64,000 bases of DNA from the NCBI RefSeq assembly GCF_988243305.1, contig NZ_OZ547136.1; one strand, given 5' to 3'. The position numbers were made by a program, and so were the translations under genes. Positions within the stretch are counted from its first letter, which is position 1; each line of letters opens with the position of its first letter. Shown here one piece after another: positions 10,612 to 21,724 of this stretch. The notes beneath the pieces were generated by a model that searched no databases, was not told the DNA's origin, and saw nothing but the letters and a program-made list of their open reading frames with translations.

Positions 10612-11664
10612 TCAAATTCTCGCCAAAACACTTTTTAATGCCTTTGCGAATTCATCCAGACTTATATTGTCAATTTTTTGCCCAACGACGACTGACTCCG
10701 AAACATCGGCCATTGCGGGCCATCGCGTTTTGTAATCAGCATAAATTGCAACAACAGGGGTATTATAGGCACTTGCCATATGTAATATTGAGGTGTCAGG
10801 AGTTATTGCAATATAAGCATCTTTTATGATTGCTGCTGAACGTTTAATCGAGGGTGATAAGGATAAACGGTAGACATTATTATAACAATCCACTAATGCC
10901 CTGGCTTTATCTTCCCCTTTGGGTCCATAAACGATCACTATTGGAATATCTGTTTCACTTTGAATTTTTGCTATTAGATTTTCTGCAATCGATAATGAAA
11001 ATGTACGTTCCTGCGAGCTACCGTCTAAATTGAGCGCAATGTAAGATCCTAACGATCGCATTTCCTCGCGTACCTCATCGAGTACATCATCGCTTAATGG
11101 CAATTCATATATTGACCTGACTACCGGAAAACCCGCCTCACGCATCATAAATGCCCATGTCATGGGTACAGGAGTCCGGAGATTCTGATCCATCCGGGAC
11201 GCGTTCTTACACAAAGGGGAATAGCACTTCATGGTTAAACCGACGACCTGGAAATTCGTTTTTGCTTTCAACTGACTGATAAATATCATCGTTTTCAGGT
11301 TCTTTTTACGCATCGCCTCTATACAAAGATCCGGCGTACCGTATTGCAGTGTTATATTCTTCGCTAAATCTTTTATTTCTTTTAATGTTGCGTGATCCTG
11401 CATAGTCATTGTGACTAATGTTAATTTAGTCTGTTCAAGTTTGAGCGCATTAAAGACTTCTAAATTAATTGTCGACGTAACAATTAATAGATGCTTAATT
11501 TTATGCAATTCAAGCGCCCGAATAACAGGAAAGATGGCCATAGCATCGCCAATCTGATCGGGAATATGTATGACAACAAAGTCTGTTTTTTCAATATTAA
11601 AATTATAAGCTTTATAATCGTAGTAACTAAATGCAATACGTCTCAACAATGATACTAAAAACAT
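10612..11664 (-). CDS. yeeL: Putative glycosyltransferase (family 9 heptosyltransferase-like), 350 aa
   Basis: Intact ORF, ATG at 11664 (MFLVSLLRR); conserved position between yeeJ and shiA. Track ORF starts at an upstream TTG. Confidence 0.55.
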   Translation of the reverse strand: MFLVSLLRRIAFSYYDYKAYNFNIEKTDFVVIHIPDQIGDAMAIFPVIRALELHKIKHLLIVTSTINLEVFNALKLEQTKLTLVTMTMQDHATLKEIKDLAKNITLQYGTPDLCIEAMRKKNLKTMIFISQLKAKTNFQVVGLTMKCYSPLCKNASRMDQNLRTPVPMTWAFMMREAGFPVVRSIYELPLSDDVLDEVREEMRSLGSYIALNLDGSSQERTFSLSIAENLIAKIQSETDIPIVIVYGPKGEDKARALVDCYNNVYRLSLSPSIKRSAAIIKDAYIAITPDTSILHMASAYNTPVVAIYADYKTRWPAMADVSESVVVGQKIDNISLDEFAKALKSVLARI

Positions 11665-11978
11665 AACTAACCTCGCCTCCCTACTGGTTATAATGCAATG
11701 CAGTCTATCAGAATCATCAGGGTGCAATTTTGTGCATATGCGGACTTTTATGTTTCATATCTCGAACCTGTGGGCCATCTGCTTAATCCTTAAACAACAC
11801 CAGCAACTCCTGCGCTTTCATCTTCCATCGAATTTTTCATGTTGCCGCTAATCAGCCATAAAATCATTTGCAGATGCGCTCTGTCGAGGTAGTCTCATAA
11901 GGTTCGTTTATAGATCGACGGCAATGTGAGTTACCTTTTCCATACTAATTATAAAAAGACAGTACAAACAGGATCATT

Positions 11979-13295
11979 ATGGACTCCACGCTCATCTCCA
12001 CTCGTCCCGATGAAGGGACGCTTTCGTTAAGTCGCGCCCGACGAGCTGCGTTAGGCAGTTTCGCTGGTGCCGTCGTCGACTGGTATGATTTTTTACTCTA
12101 TGGCATTACCGCCGCACTGGTGTTTAATCGCGAGTTTTTCCCGCAAGTAAGCCCGGCGATGGGAACGCTCGCCGCATTTGCCACCTTTGGTGTCGGCTTC
12201 CTTTTCCGACCGCTCGGCGGTGTCATTTTCGGTCACTTTGGTGACCGACTGGGACGTAAGCGCATGTTAATGCTGACCGTCTGGATGATGGGCATCGCGA
12301 CAGCCTTGATTGGTATTCTTCCTTCATTCTCGACCATTGGGTGGTGGGCACCTATTTTGCTGGTGACACTGCGTGCCATTCAGGGATTTGCCGTCGGCGG
12401 CGAATGGGGAGGCGCAGCGTTGCTTTCCGTTGAAAGTGCGCCGAAAAATAAAAAAGCCTTTTACAGTAGCGGTGTACAAGTTGGCTACGGAGTAGGTTTA
12501 CTGCTTTCAACCGGACTGGTTTCATTGATCAGTATGATGACGACTGACGTACAGTTTTTAAGCTGGGGCTGGCGCATTCCTTTCCTGTTTAGCATCGTAC
12601 TGGTACTGGGAGCATTGTGGGTGCGCAATGGCATGGAGGAGTCCGCGGAATTTGAACAACAGCAACATAATCAAGCGGCCGCGAAAAAACGCATCCCGGT
12701 TATCGAAGCTCTGTTACGACATCCCGGTGCTTTCCTGAAGATTATTGCGCTACGACTGTGCGAGTTGCTGACGATGTACATCGTTACCGCCTTTGCACTT
12801 AATTATTCAACCCAGAATATGGGGTTACCGCGCGAACTTTTCCTTAATATTGGTTTGCTGGTAGGTGGATTAAGCTGCCTGACAATTCCCTGTTTTGCCT
12901 GGCTTGCCGATCGTTTTGGTCGCCGCAGGTTTTATATCACAGGTGCGTTAATCGGAATGTTGAGCGCATTTCCTTTCTTTATGGCGCTTGAAGCACAATC
13001 TATTTTCTGGATAGTTTTCTTCTCCATAATGCTGGCAAACATTGCGCATGACATGGTGGTGTGTGTGCAACAACCGATGTTTACCGAAATGTTTGGTGCC
13101 AGTTATCGCTATAGTGGCGCTGGAGTCGGTTATCAGGTTGCCAGTGTGGTTGGTGGTGGATTTACACCTTTTATTGCCGCTGCACTCATCACTTACTTTG
13201 CCGGGAACTGGCATAGCGTCGCCATTTATTTGCTGGCTGGATGCCTGATTTCCGCAATAACCGCTTTGTTGATGAAAGACAATCAACGCGCTTGA
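11979..13295 (+). CDS. shiA: Shikimate transporter ShiA (MFS, 438 aa)
   Basis: 12-TM MFS protein with GxLaDRxGRR motifs; length and neighbourhood match. Confidence 0.85.
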   Translation: MDSTLISTRPDEGTLSLSRARRAALGSFAGAVVDWYDFLLYGITAALVFNREFFPQVSPAMGTLAAFATFGVGFLFRPLGGVIFGHFGDRLGRKRMLMLTVWMMGIATALIGILPSFSTIGWWAPILLVTLRAIQGFAVGGEWGGAALLSVESAPKNKKAFYSSGVQVGYGVGLLLSTGLVSLISMMTTDVQFLSWGWRIPFLFSIVLVLGALWVRNGMEESAEFEQQQHNQAAAKKRIPVIEALLRHPGAFLKIIALRLCELLTMYIVTAFALNYSTQNMGLPRELFLNIGLLVGGLSCLTIPCFAWLADRFGRRRFYITGALIGMLSAFPFFMALEAQSIFWIVFFSIMLANIAHDMVVCVQQPMFTEMFGASYRYSGAGVGYQVASVVGGGFTPFIAAALITYFAGNWHSVAIYLLAGCLISAITALLMKDNQRA

Positions 13296-13396
13296 TAGCC
13301 TGGCGAAGATCATCCGATCTTCGCCTTACACTTTTGTTTCACATTCCTGTGACATACTATCGGATGTGCGGTAATTGTATGGAACAGGAGACACAC

Positions 13397-14851
13397 ATGA
13401 ATAATAAGGGCTCCGGTCTGACCCCAGCTCAGGCACTGGATAAACTCGACGCGCTGTATGAGCAATCTGTAGTTGCTTTACGCAACGCCATTGGCAACTA
13501 TATTACAAGTGGCGAATTACCTGATGAAAACGCCCGCAAACAAGGTCTTTTTGTCTATCCATCACTGACCGTAACTTGGGATGGTAGCACAACCAATCCC
13601 CCTAAAACGCGCGCATTTGGTCGTTTTACTCACGCAGGCAGCTACACCACCACGATTACTCGCCCTACTCTCTTTCGTTCGTATCTCAATGAACAACTTA
13701 CGTTGCTGTATCAGGATTATGGTGCGCATATCTCGGTGCAACCCTCGCAGCATGAAATCCCTTATCCTTATGTCATTGATGGCTCTGAATTGACACTTGA
13801 TCGCTCAATGAGCGCTGGGTTAACTCGCTATTTCCCGACAACAGAACTGGCGCAAATTGGCGATGAAACTGCAGACGGCATTTATCATCCAACTGAATTC
13901 TCCCCGCTATCGCATTTTGATGCGCGCCGCGTCGATTTTTCCCTCGCGCGGTTGCGCCATTATACCGGTACGCCAGTTGAACATTTTCAGCCGTTCGTCT
14001 TGTTTACCAACTACACACGTTATGTGGATGAATTCGTTCGTTGGGGATGCAGCCAGATCCTCGATCCTGATAGTCCCTACATTGCCCTTTCTTGTGCTGG
14101 CGGGAACTGGATCACCGCCGAAACCGAAGCGCCAGAAGAAGCCATTTCCGACCTTGCATGGAAAAAACACCAGATGCCCGCGTGGCATTTAATTACCGCC
14201 GATGGTCAGGGTATTACTCTGGTGAATATTGGCGTGGGACCGTCAAATGCTAAAACCATCTGCGATCATCTGGCAGTACTACGCCCGGATGTCTGGTTGA
14301 TGATTGGTCACTGTGGTGGCTTACGTGAAAGCCAGGCCATTGGCGATTATGTACTTGCACATGCTTATTTACGCGATGATCACGTTCTTGATGCGGTTCT
14401 GCCGCCCGATATTCCTATTCCAAGCATTGCTGAAGTGCAACGTGCGCTTTATGACGCTACCAAGTTAGTCAGCGGCAGGCCCGGTGAGGAAGTCAAACAG
14501 CGGCTGCGTACAGGTACTGTGGTAACCACAGATGACAGGAACTGGGAATTACGTTACTCAGCTTCTGCACTTCGTTTTAACTTAAGCCGGGCCGTGGCAA
14601 TTGATATGGAAAGTGCAACCATTGCCGCGCAAGGATATCGTTTCCGCGTGCCATACGGGACACTACTGTGTGTTTCAGATAAACCGTTGCATGGCGAGAT
14701 TAAACTTCCCGGCCAGGCTAACCGTTTTTATGAAGGCGCTATTTCCGAACACCTGCAAATTGGCATTCGGGCGATCGATTTGCTGCGCGCAGAAGGCGAC
14801 CGACTGCATTCACGTAAATTACGAACCTTTAATGAGCCGCCGTTCCGATAA
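13397..14851 (+). CDS. amn: AMP nucleosidase (484 aa)
   Basis: ATG at 13397 (MNNKGSGLTPAQALDKLD) gives 484 aa; track ORF from 13241 is an upstream in-frame extension. Confidence 0.85.
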   Translation: MNNKGSGLTPAQALDKLDALYEQSVVALRNAIGNYITSGELPDENARKQGLFVYPSLTVTWDGSTTNPPKTRAFGRFTHAGSYTTTITRPTLFRSYLNEQLTLLYQDYGAHISVQPSQHEIPYPYVIDGSELTLDRSMSAGLTRYFPTTELAQIGDETADGIYHPTEFSPLSHFDARRVDFSLARLRHYTGTPVEHFQPFVLFTNYTRYVDEFVRWGCSQILDPDSPYIALSCAGGNWITAETEAPEEAISDLAWKKHQMPAWHLITADGQGITLVNIGVGPSNAKTICDHLAVLRPDVWLMIGHCGGLRESQAIGDYVLAHAYLRDDHVLDAVLPPDIPIPSIAEVQRALYDATKLVSGRPGEEVKQRLRTGTVVTTDDRNWELRYSASALRFNLSRAVAIDMESATIAAQGYRFRVPYGTLLCVSDKPLHGEIKLPGQANRFYEGAISEHLQIGIRAIDLLRAEGDRLHSRKLRTFNEPPFR

Positions 14852-15193
14852 TAAGTTATGAACCTTCTTATCAGAAATAGATGTGAAGGATTAAGTAAGA
14901 CATCTGGCAAATAGCCTGCAATAAACGCGGGCTGTTTGCTTCCTTGGGCAGATGCGAGTTTTATTATCGTCTTAATGATTTCCACATATTAAAAGCAAGT
15001 ATGCTTTCAAAACACAATTATAAAAAATCCCGCCAACAACATTAGTTTTTATAAAATTAAATATAAGATTATGGCTTTAGAATATTTTTATTTCTAATAG
15101 ACGAGATTTTTCCTGTTATGATATAATATGCTGAATTAACACATGTTAACGATTTACCAGTAATGTAAATAAATTTTCGAGGAGATCATTCCA

Positions 15194-15910
15194 GTGGGAC
15201 GTAAATGGGCCAATATTGTTGCTAAAAAAACGGCTAAAGACGGTGCAACGTCTAAAATTTATGCAAAATTCGGTGTAGAAATCTATGCTGCTGCCAAACA
15301 AGGTGAACCCGATCCAGAATTAAACACATCTTTAAAATTCGTTATTGAACGTGCAAAGCAGGCACAAGTTCCAAAGCACGTTATTGATAAAGCAATTGAT
15401 AAAGCCAAAGGCGGTGGAGATGAAACGTTCGTACAGGGACGTTATGAAGGCTTTGGTCCTAATGGCTCAATGATTATTGCTGAGACATTGACTTCAAATG
15501 TTAACCGTACGATTGCTAACGTTCGCACAATTTTCAATAAAAAAGGCGGCAATATCGGAGCGGCAGGTTCTGTCAGCTATATGTTTGACAATACGGGTGT
15601 GATTGTATTTAAAGGAACAGACCCTGACCATATTTTTGAAATTTTGCTTGAAGCTGAAGTTGATGTTCGTGATGTAACTGAAGAAGAAGGTAATATTGTT
15701 ATTTATACTGAACCTACTGACCTTCATAAAGGAATCGCGGCGCTAAAAGCAGCTGGAATCACTGAGTTCTCAACAACAGAATTAGAAATGATTGCTCAAT
15801 CTGAAGTTGAGCTTTCCCCAGAAGATTTAGAAATCTTTGAAGGGCTTGTTGATGCCCTTGAAGATGACGACGATGTACAAAAAGTTTATCATAACGTCGC
15901 AAATCTCTAA
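15194..15910 (+). CDS. yeeN: YebC/PmpR-family transcriptional regulator (238 aa)
   Basis: GTG start with GGAGA RBS; family-typical N-terminus [12 protein letters not shown]. Confidence 0.8.
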
Positions 15911-15919
15911 TTATATGTT

Positions 15920-15953
15920 AAAGAAATCTGTCTTTATGGCAGATTTCTTTAAT
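15920..15953 (+). terminator. Rho-independent terminator after yeeN
   Basis: AAAGAAATCTG-N9-CAGATTTCTTT hairpin followed by T-rich tract. Confidence 0.5.
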
Positions 15954-16364
15954 CTCATATAATCCTTATAAAAATATAATGTTTAACTCGTCATATTGCT
16001 TATAAAAAATCCCCGTTCCCAGAGAAATAATATTTATTAAAATGGCAGGTCTTCTTTTTCTGATTACCGAAGACAAAGTGGCAATTACGTATAGTTTCCC
16101 GATAAAGACGCGACAGCTACATCCCGCATAAGGCATTTTTCTCTTTATCTTTGTACGGTACTTCATGGAACAGAATTTTTGACCTTGTGAATCGTGATGT
16201 CTGTTGGGGAGGAGCAATTTGCTCACTGAAGCGTGAGACTCGATTAAGCGCACGAAACACAGAAATCAAAAAACCCGGCCACTTTTTTACAAACTGACCG
16301 GGTAAAAATAATTTTTATTTTTTAACTGCCTTGAGACTCATAGAGATGTCTCAAAACTAAAATT

Positions 16365-16440
16365 TGGCTCCTCTGACTGGACTCGAACCAGTGACATACG
16401 GATTAACAGTCCGCCGTTCTACCGACTGAACTACAGAGGA
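16365..16440 (-). tRNA. asnW: tRNA-Asn (GUU)
   Basis: Reverse complement of TCCTCTGTAGTTCAGTCGGTAGAACGGCGGACTGTTAATCCGTATGTCACTGGTTCGAGTCCAGTCAGAGGAGCCA; symbol assigned from gene order. Confidence 0.9.
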
Positions 16441-16540
16441 ATCGTGAGAACGAGGCGAATATTAGCGATGCCCACCCACAATGTCAAAGCCTGTTTTTTA
16501 AATTTGAAATCGTTTGCTGAAATAATCTGCATTTTGTTGT

Positions 16541-18181
16541 TTATTCCGACACAACTGGCTTTTTTTCACACTTTTGCGGTTCGGGTCGAGGGTATTTCCA
16601 TAGCCAACGTCCAGTAACCATTCGCCAGTAAAACAGCACGGCCCGCACAGCCCAGTCGGCAAACATTCCCATCCAGACACCAACCACACCCCAGCCAAGC
16701 ATGATGCCCAGCACATAACCGACGACAACCCGGCAACCCCACATGCTCAACATAGAAACCCACATAGCGTAACGGGCGTCACGAGCCCCCTTAAATCCAG
16801 CGGGTAGCACCCATGAGGCGGACCAAATAGGCATAAATAAAGCATTTAGCCAAATCAGAATCACAACGACATGTTTAACCTGTGGATCCTGGGTGTAAAA
16901 CGATGCCATAACCCCGGCAAAGGGAGCCGTTAGCCAGGCGATGGCCGTTAATCCAAGAGTGGACAGCCAGAAGACATGCCGCAACTGAATCTCTGCTTGC
17001 GCTATCTGCCCTACCCCTAACCTTCGGCCTGTAATGATCGTAGAAGCAGAGCCGAGCGCACTTCCGGGTAAGTTGATAAGAGCCGCAATTGAAAACGCGA
17101 TAAAATTTCCGGCAATAACACTGGTCCCCATCCCGGCAACGAACATTTGGGTTAATAACCGACCACTGGTAAATAACACTGATTCGACACTCGCTGGAAT
17201 ACCAATCCCCATGACTTCCCAGATAATGCTAAAATTCAGCGGTTTAAAATAGCTCTTTAACGAAATCCTTAGCGCAGGATTAAAACCAATCGCCAGCACC
17301 CACAAAATTGCAACTGCGCCAATATAACGAGAAATGGTTAAACCCAACCCAGCCCCGACAAATCCCAGTCCCGGCCAGGAGAAAAGGCCGTAAATCAATA
17401 TGCCGCTAATAATAATATTAAGAATATTCAGGCTACCGTTAATCAGTAGCGGTATTTTCGTATTCCCTGCACCACGAAGTGCCCCGCTACCAATCAAAGT
17501 GATGGCAGCTGCTGGATAACTGAGTACCGTCAGCTCCAGATAAGTCAACGCCAGTGCTTTAACTTCTGTCGTGGCATCACCCGCGACGAAATCAATAATT
17601 TGCTCGCCAAAATGATGAATAAGCGTTGCCAACAGTACGGCAAACAACGTCATGATCACCAATGACTGCCGCGTCGCCACCCTCGCTCGTCGTCGATCCC
17701 GCTTACCGAGACTAAATGCCACAACGACAGTAGTACCAAGATCGATAGCAGCAAAAAAAGCCATAATGACCATATTGAAGCTGTCCGCCAATCCCACGCC
17801 GGCCATCGCATCTTTTCCCAGCCAGCTGACCAGAAAAGTGCTCAGAACCCCCATCAACAGGACACAGGCATTCTCCATGAAGATAGGAACAGCAAGCGGG
17901 GTTATCTCGCGCCAGAACAACACTTTGTAGCTCTTGCGTTTAGCGTGCCAGCGAGTGCCGTGAACAACCTGGCGTAAAGCAGAGGAGATATTCAAAGCCG
18001 ACCTTAATTGCAGAAAGTGAAACCACATTTCAAATAATGAGGGAGAATCAGCAAAGCTGCAAAGATTTTCGCCAACAAATTGTCTGCAAATGCAACAAAC
18101 TGTTGATAGAAACGGCAAACAGTTGGGGAATTTAAAAATCGGGTTTGACAAAAGATTTTTCGCCGTTAAGATGTGCCTCAA
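16541..18181 (-). CDS. yeeO: MATE-family efflux transporter YeeO
   Basis: 12-TM MATE protein; TTG start per track; lies between two tRNA-Asn genes. Confidence 0.8.
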   Translation of the reverse strand: MRHILTAKNLLSNPIFKFPNCLPFLSTVCCICRQFVGENLCSFADSPSLFEMWFHFLQLRSALNISSALRQVVHGTRWHAKRKSYKVLFWREITPLAVPIFMENACVLLMGVLSTFLVSWLGKDAMAGVGLADSFNMVIMAFFAAIDLGTTVVVAFSLGKRDRRRARVATRQSLVIMTLFAVLLATLIHHFGEQIIDFVAGDATTEVKALALTYLELTVLSYPAAAITLIGSGALRGAGNTKIPLLINGSLNILNIIISGILIYGLFSWPGLGFVGAGLGLTISRYIGAVAILWVLAIGFNPALRISLKSYFKPLNFSIIWEVMGIGIPASVESVLFTSGRLLTQMFVAGMGTSVIAGNFIAFSIAALINLPGSALGSASTIITGRRLGVGQIAQAEIQLRHVFWLSTLGLTAIAWLTAPFAGVMASFYTQDPQVKHVVVILIWLNALFMPIWSASWVLPAGFKGARDARYAMWVSMLSMWGCRVVVGYVLGIMLGWGVVGVWMGMFADWAVRAVLFYWRMVTGRWLWKYPRPEPQKCEKKPVVSE

Positions 18182-18188
18182 CAGCGAT

Positions 18189-18264
18189 TCCTCTGTAGTT
18201 CAGTCGGTAGAACGGCGGACTGTTAATCCGTATGTCACTGGTTCGAGTCCAGTCAGAGGAGCCA
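18189..18264 (+). tRNA. asnU: tRNA-Asn (GUU)
   Basis: 76-nt sequence identical to the other two copies, ending CCA; anticodon loop CUGUUAA. Confidence 0.9.
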
Positions 18265-18273
18265 AATTTATGA

Positions 18274-18300
18274 AAAGCCCGCTTTTATAGCGGGCTTTTT
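18274..18300. terminator. Bidirectional hairpin terminator between asnU and cbl
   Basis: AAAAGCCCGCT-TTTAT-AGCGGGCTTTT with flanking T/A tracts. Confidence 0.5.
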
Positions 18301-18301
18301 G

Positions 18302-19252
18302 CTATATCTGATAATCAATTTCCTCTTCACTGTTTTCCATCACCTGGCGCTTGATATCCTCAACTGACAGTCCTGCATTACAAAGTTCCAGAAAGCGCCA
18401 GACATAGTTACGCTGAAGTTGTCCTCGCTTGAGTCCCAACCAGACAGTATTAGCATCGAAAAGATGCCGCGTATCCAGGCGGATTAAATTCTTTTCCTCT
18501 TGTTCACCGCTGGATTGTTCGGCAACTAATCCGATCCCAAGCCCAAGAGCAACATAGGTTTTAATGACATCAGAATCCTGCGCACTTAATACAATATCTG
18601 CCAGCAAACCTTTGCGGGCAAATGCGTCATCAATACGTGAGCGCCCCGTAATCCCCTGTCGGTAAGTGATTAACGGCCACTTCGCTATTGATTCCAGCGT
18701 CAATGGTGTAATTTGCGTCAAGGGATGATCGTGTGGAACAAGCAAACTATGGTGCCAACGAAACCACGGGAAGGCGACGAGCTGCGGGTCATTACTCAAA
18801 CGCTCGCTGGCGATACCAATATCAGCTTCGCCATTTTGCAACAACGTCGCAATTTCCTGTGGCGTACCCTGGATTAGCTCCAGCCGAACCTCCGGGAAAA
18901 GTTCGCGAAAAGCTTTAATGACCTCAGGCAAGCTATAACGTGCCTGAGTATGCGTTGTTGCAATAGTGAGAACGCCAGACGTATCGTTGGTAAACAGGTC
19001 TGCAAGCCGACGAACATTACTGGCTTCATTCAGAATACGTTCTGCAATGACCAGTAATGCTTTGCCCGGTTCAGTCATGCCCAGCAGTCGCTTACCTCGT
19101 CGAACAAATATTTCGATGCCAAGTTCATCCTCCAGTTCCCGAATATGACGGCTGACGCCGGACTGTGAGGTAAAAAGCATATTCGCAACCTCTGTCAGGT
19201 TGTAATCCTGACGTGCAGCCTCGCGGATTATCTTTAGTTGTTGGAAATTCAC
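18302..19252 (-). CDS. cbl: LysR-type regulator Cbl (316 aa)
   Basis: LysR HTH N-terminus; adjacent paralog nac; 316 aa. Confidence 0.8.
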   Translation of the reverse strand: MNFQQLKIIREAARQDYNLTEVANMLFTSQSGVSRHIRELEDELGIEIFVRRGKRLLGMTEPGKALLVIAERILNEASNVRRLADLFTNDTSGVLTIATTHTQARYSLPEVIKAFRELFPEVRLELIQGTPQEIATLLQNGEADIGIASERLSNDPQLVAFPWFRWHHSLLVPHDHPLTQITPLTLESIAKWPLITYRQGITGRSRIDDAFARKGLLADIVLSAQDSDVIKTYVALGLGIGLVAEQSSGEQEEKNLIRLDTRHLFDANTVWLGLKRGQLQRNYVWRFLELCNAGLSVEDIKRQVMENSEEEIDYQI

Positions 19253-19353
19253 GGTAAACTCCGGGCAGTTCAGATTTTCCGTTATTGTTAAAGTCTAATG
19301 CCCGGCATAACAAATAATAAAAACCCGCATCTTATTCCATCCCGATATAACGC

Positions 19354-20271
19354 TTAGCTCACCAATTGCCACTGCCTTTTTTCCATCACTGGAGAACTCA
19401 TCACTGACATTAACAACTCTTTCACTGCCTGTGCCTGTGGTGATAAGTTCGCTCTGGCGGGTAAATTTAATGACAAAGAGAGACTCATGGAAGGTGTGGT
19501 AATGCGTGACATCCACCCGTTTACTGCGCCACATAACGAACGCGCGGCCGATTCGGGTAATACTGCAACGCCCATGCCGCTGGCAATCGCTGCGGTAAGC
19601 GTGGCAATAGACTCAATTTCACCAATGACTTTTGCCGTGAGTCGCCGTAGGGAAAACGCCTCATCAACACGAAGTCTAACAGCGCTGTAATCACTGGGGA
19701 GAAAGAGGTTCATTTGTGCAATAGCATTAACATCAACGCTTTGCCCCGGGCAATCTTGAGTTCCTACCAGGAAAAGATCTTCTTTCAGCAAAGCCTGACT
19801 GGATACCCCAGCCACAGGGGAATGCTCATAAATCACCGCCATATCGAGTTGGTGATTTATCAGTTTTTCGTTAAGCACTGCACCGCTATTTTCATGAAGA
19901 TAGATAACGATCTCCGGGAATTCAGCGCGAACCGCCTGTAATAAGGGCATGGTGATAGATGACGCAGCGGTTCCTGGCGCAAAGCCAATCGAGACTTGCC
20001 CCGATAATGCCTGACCAACGTTATGCACCGCCAGTTGGGCCTGCTCACACTGACGTAAAATGGCCCGCGCATGGGTATAGAGAATTTTTCCGGCGTCTGT
20101 TGGCGTAACGCCCCGTTTTGTGCGAATCAAAAGTTGTTGATTTAACTCACCTTCCAGTGTGGCAACCTGCTGGCTGAGCGCTGGTTGTGCGATATGCAAT
20201 ACTTCAGCAGCCTGAGTCAGGCTACCAATATCTACAATTTTTACGAAGTATTTCAGGCGTCTGAAGTTCAT
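19354..20271 (-). CDS. nac: Nitrogen assimilation control protein Nac (305 aa)
   Basis: ATG giving MNFRRLKYFVKIVDIGSLTQAAEVLHIAQPALSQQ; track ORF is a 10-codon upstream extension. Confidence 0.85.
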   Translation of the reverse strand: MNFRRLKYFVKIVDIGSLTQAAEVLHIAQPALSQQVATLEGELNQQLLIRTKRGVTPTDAGKILYTHARAILRQCEQAQLAVHNVGQALSGQVSIGFAPGTAASSITMPLLQAVRAEFPEIVIYLHENSGAVLNEKLINHQLDMAVIYEHSPVAGVSSQALLKEDLFLVGTQDCPGQSVDVNAIAQMNLFLPSDYSAVRLRVDEAFSLRRLTAKVIGEIESIATLTAAIASGMGVAVLPESAARSLCGAVNGWMSRITTPSMSLSLSLNLPARANLSPQAQAVKELLMSVMSSPVMEKRQWQLVS

Positions 20272-20596
20272 GTTGCCTCCGGTTTTTGAGAATCGGCCCA
20301 AGTGCCGCCATTACTTACAACCAGACTGCAAGATGCTTGCCAGTTTTATTTTGGCGTTGATGTACAAGCTAACCAACTGTCAAATAAGAGATTATGATAG
20401 ATTCGTCATTGGCTCTTTTCACCAGCAGTCGCGTTCCCCTGCCCTATAAAAGGAGGGTATGCACCACGATGGTTCATTACCAATAAGATTGAAATCTCAT
20501 CACTTTGTTGAAATTGGCAGCAAACAAACAAAAAAATGCATTTCACCCTTTGACATCACCATGCACTGCCATTAATATGCGCCCCGTTCACACGAT

Positions 20597-20672
20597 TCCT
20601 CTGTAGTTCAGTCGGTAGAACGGCGGACTGTTAATCCGTATGTCACTGGTTCGAGTCCAGTCAGAGGAGCCA
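20597..20672 (+). tRNA. asnV: tRNA-Asn (GUU)
   Basis: Third identical 76-nt tRNA-Asn copy. Confidence 0.9.
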
Positions 20673-20678
20673 AATTCA

Positions 20679-20706
20679 AAAAAGCCTGCTTTCTAGCAGG
20701 CTTTTT
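20679..20706. terminator. Hairpin terminator between asnV and ldtA
   Basis: AAAAAGCCTGCT-TTC-TAGCAGGCTTTTT. Confidence 0.5.
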
Positions 20707-20727
20707 GCTTTCTAATTACCAACGCTC

Positions 20728-21663
20728 TTAAAACATCTGTCTTGAACCAGAACTAATTTGCACAGGCATTCCCGATCGACGTTGCAACGCAGCATTTGCG
20801 CGATTCACATCAACTTCTTGCCCGTTGATAAACGCCCGCAAAGATGGGGTTACCGGCAATGGCACTTTTCGGTCAGACTCATATTCTGCACGATTGCGCG
20901 ACAGCGGCTCATGAACTTCCAGCCAGTTCGAGCCATCTGGTTCAGTGGTGTATTTTACTGGCTGGTCGATAATTTGCACACGCGTTCCAACAGGAACATT
21001 ATCAAACAGATATTTGATATCGTCATTGCGCAGACGAATACAGCCCTGACTTACCCGAAGTCCAATACCAAAATTGGCATTGGTACCGTGGATGGCATAC
21101 AACCTGCCAATATAAATCGCGTACAGCCCCATGGGATTATCGGGCCCCGCAGGAACAAATGCGGGCAAACTCTCCCCTCGTTTCGCATATTCGCGCCGAG
21201 TGTTCGGCGTTGGCGTCCAGGTTGGAGCTTCTTGTTTACGTTCAACGGTAGTCACCCAGTTACGCGGGGTTTCTCTCCCAGCCTGGCCGATACCAATAGG
21301 AAAGACTTCCACAGTATTACTGTCTGGCGGGTAGTAATAAAGACGCATCTCAGCGACGTTAACCACAATCCCTTTACGAAAAGTGGCGGGCAAAATCAGT
21401 TGCTGCGGAATGGTGAGTTGCGAGCCAGACTTCGGCAAGAAAACATCAGCGCCCGGATTCGCTTCCAGCATGTTACTTAACCCTTGCCCGTATTGTGCGG
21501 CAAAAGTCTCCAGCGGCTGGGTATTGTGATCAGGAACAGTTACAGTAAGCGACTGCCCCACCAAACGGCTACCCTCTGGAGGTAATGGATAAGTTACCGC
21601 CAGGCTAGTATGGCTGGCAAAAAGCAGAGCAAATGAGCAAAGAATATTTACACGACGCATCAT
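20728..21663 (-). CDS. ldtA: L,D-transpeptidase (ErfK/LdtA)
   Basis: Signal peptide plus YkuD-domain motif [20 protein letters not shown] (catalytic Cys). Confidence 0.85.
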   Translation of the reverse strand: MMRRVNILCSFALLFASHTSLAVTYPLPPEGSRLVGQSLTVTVPDHNTQPLETFAAQYGQGLSNMLEANPGADVFLPKSGSQLTIPQQLILPATFRKGIVVNVAEMRLYYYPPDSNTVEVFPIGIGQAGRETPRNWVTTVERKQEAPTWTPTPNTRREYAKRGESLPAFVPAGPDNPMGLYAIYIGRLYAIHGTNANFGIGLRVSQGCIRLRNDDIKYLFDNVPVGTRVQIIDQPVKYTTEPDGSNWLEVHEPLSRNRAEYESDRKVPLPVTPSLRAFINGQEVDVNRANAALQRRSGMPVQISSGSRQMF

Positions 21664-21724
21664 GTCCCTTTCCTATGTCGCGAAAGCTATCCGTTAAGTA
21701 TAGCTTTTATCAGACTTTTCGTTT

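Noticed and set aside
13241-13396. Upstream extension of the amn ORF
   Set aside because: The ATG at 13397 gives the expected 484-aa AMP nucleosidase; the extension overlaps the shiA 3' end and has no RBS.
15966-16253. 95-aa minus-strand ORF between yeeN and asnW
   Set aside because: AT-rich intergenic region, no RBS, low-complexity translation; more likely promoter/terminator DNA.
16365-20672. Three identical 76-bp repeats as a possible CRISPR-like array
   Set aside because: The repeats are tRNA-Asn genes in both orientations, separated by 1.7-2.3 kb of gene-containing DNA; there are no short regular spacers or cas genes.
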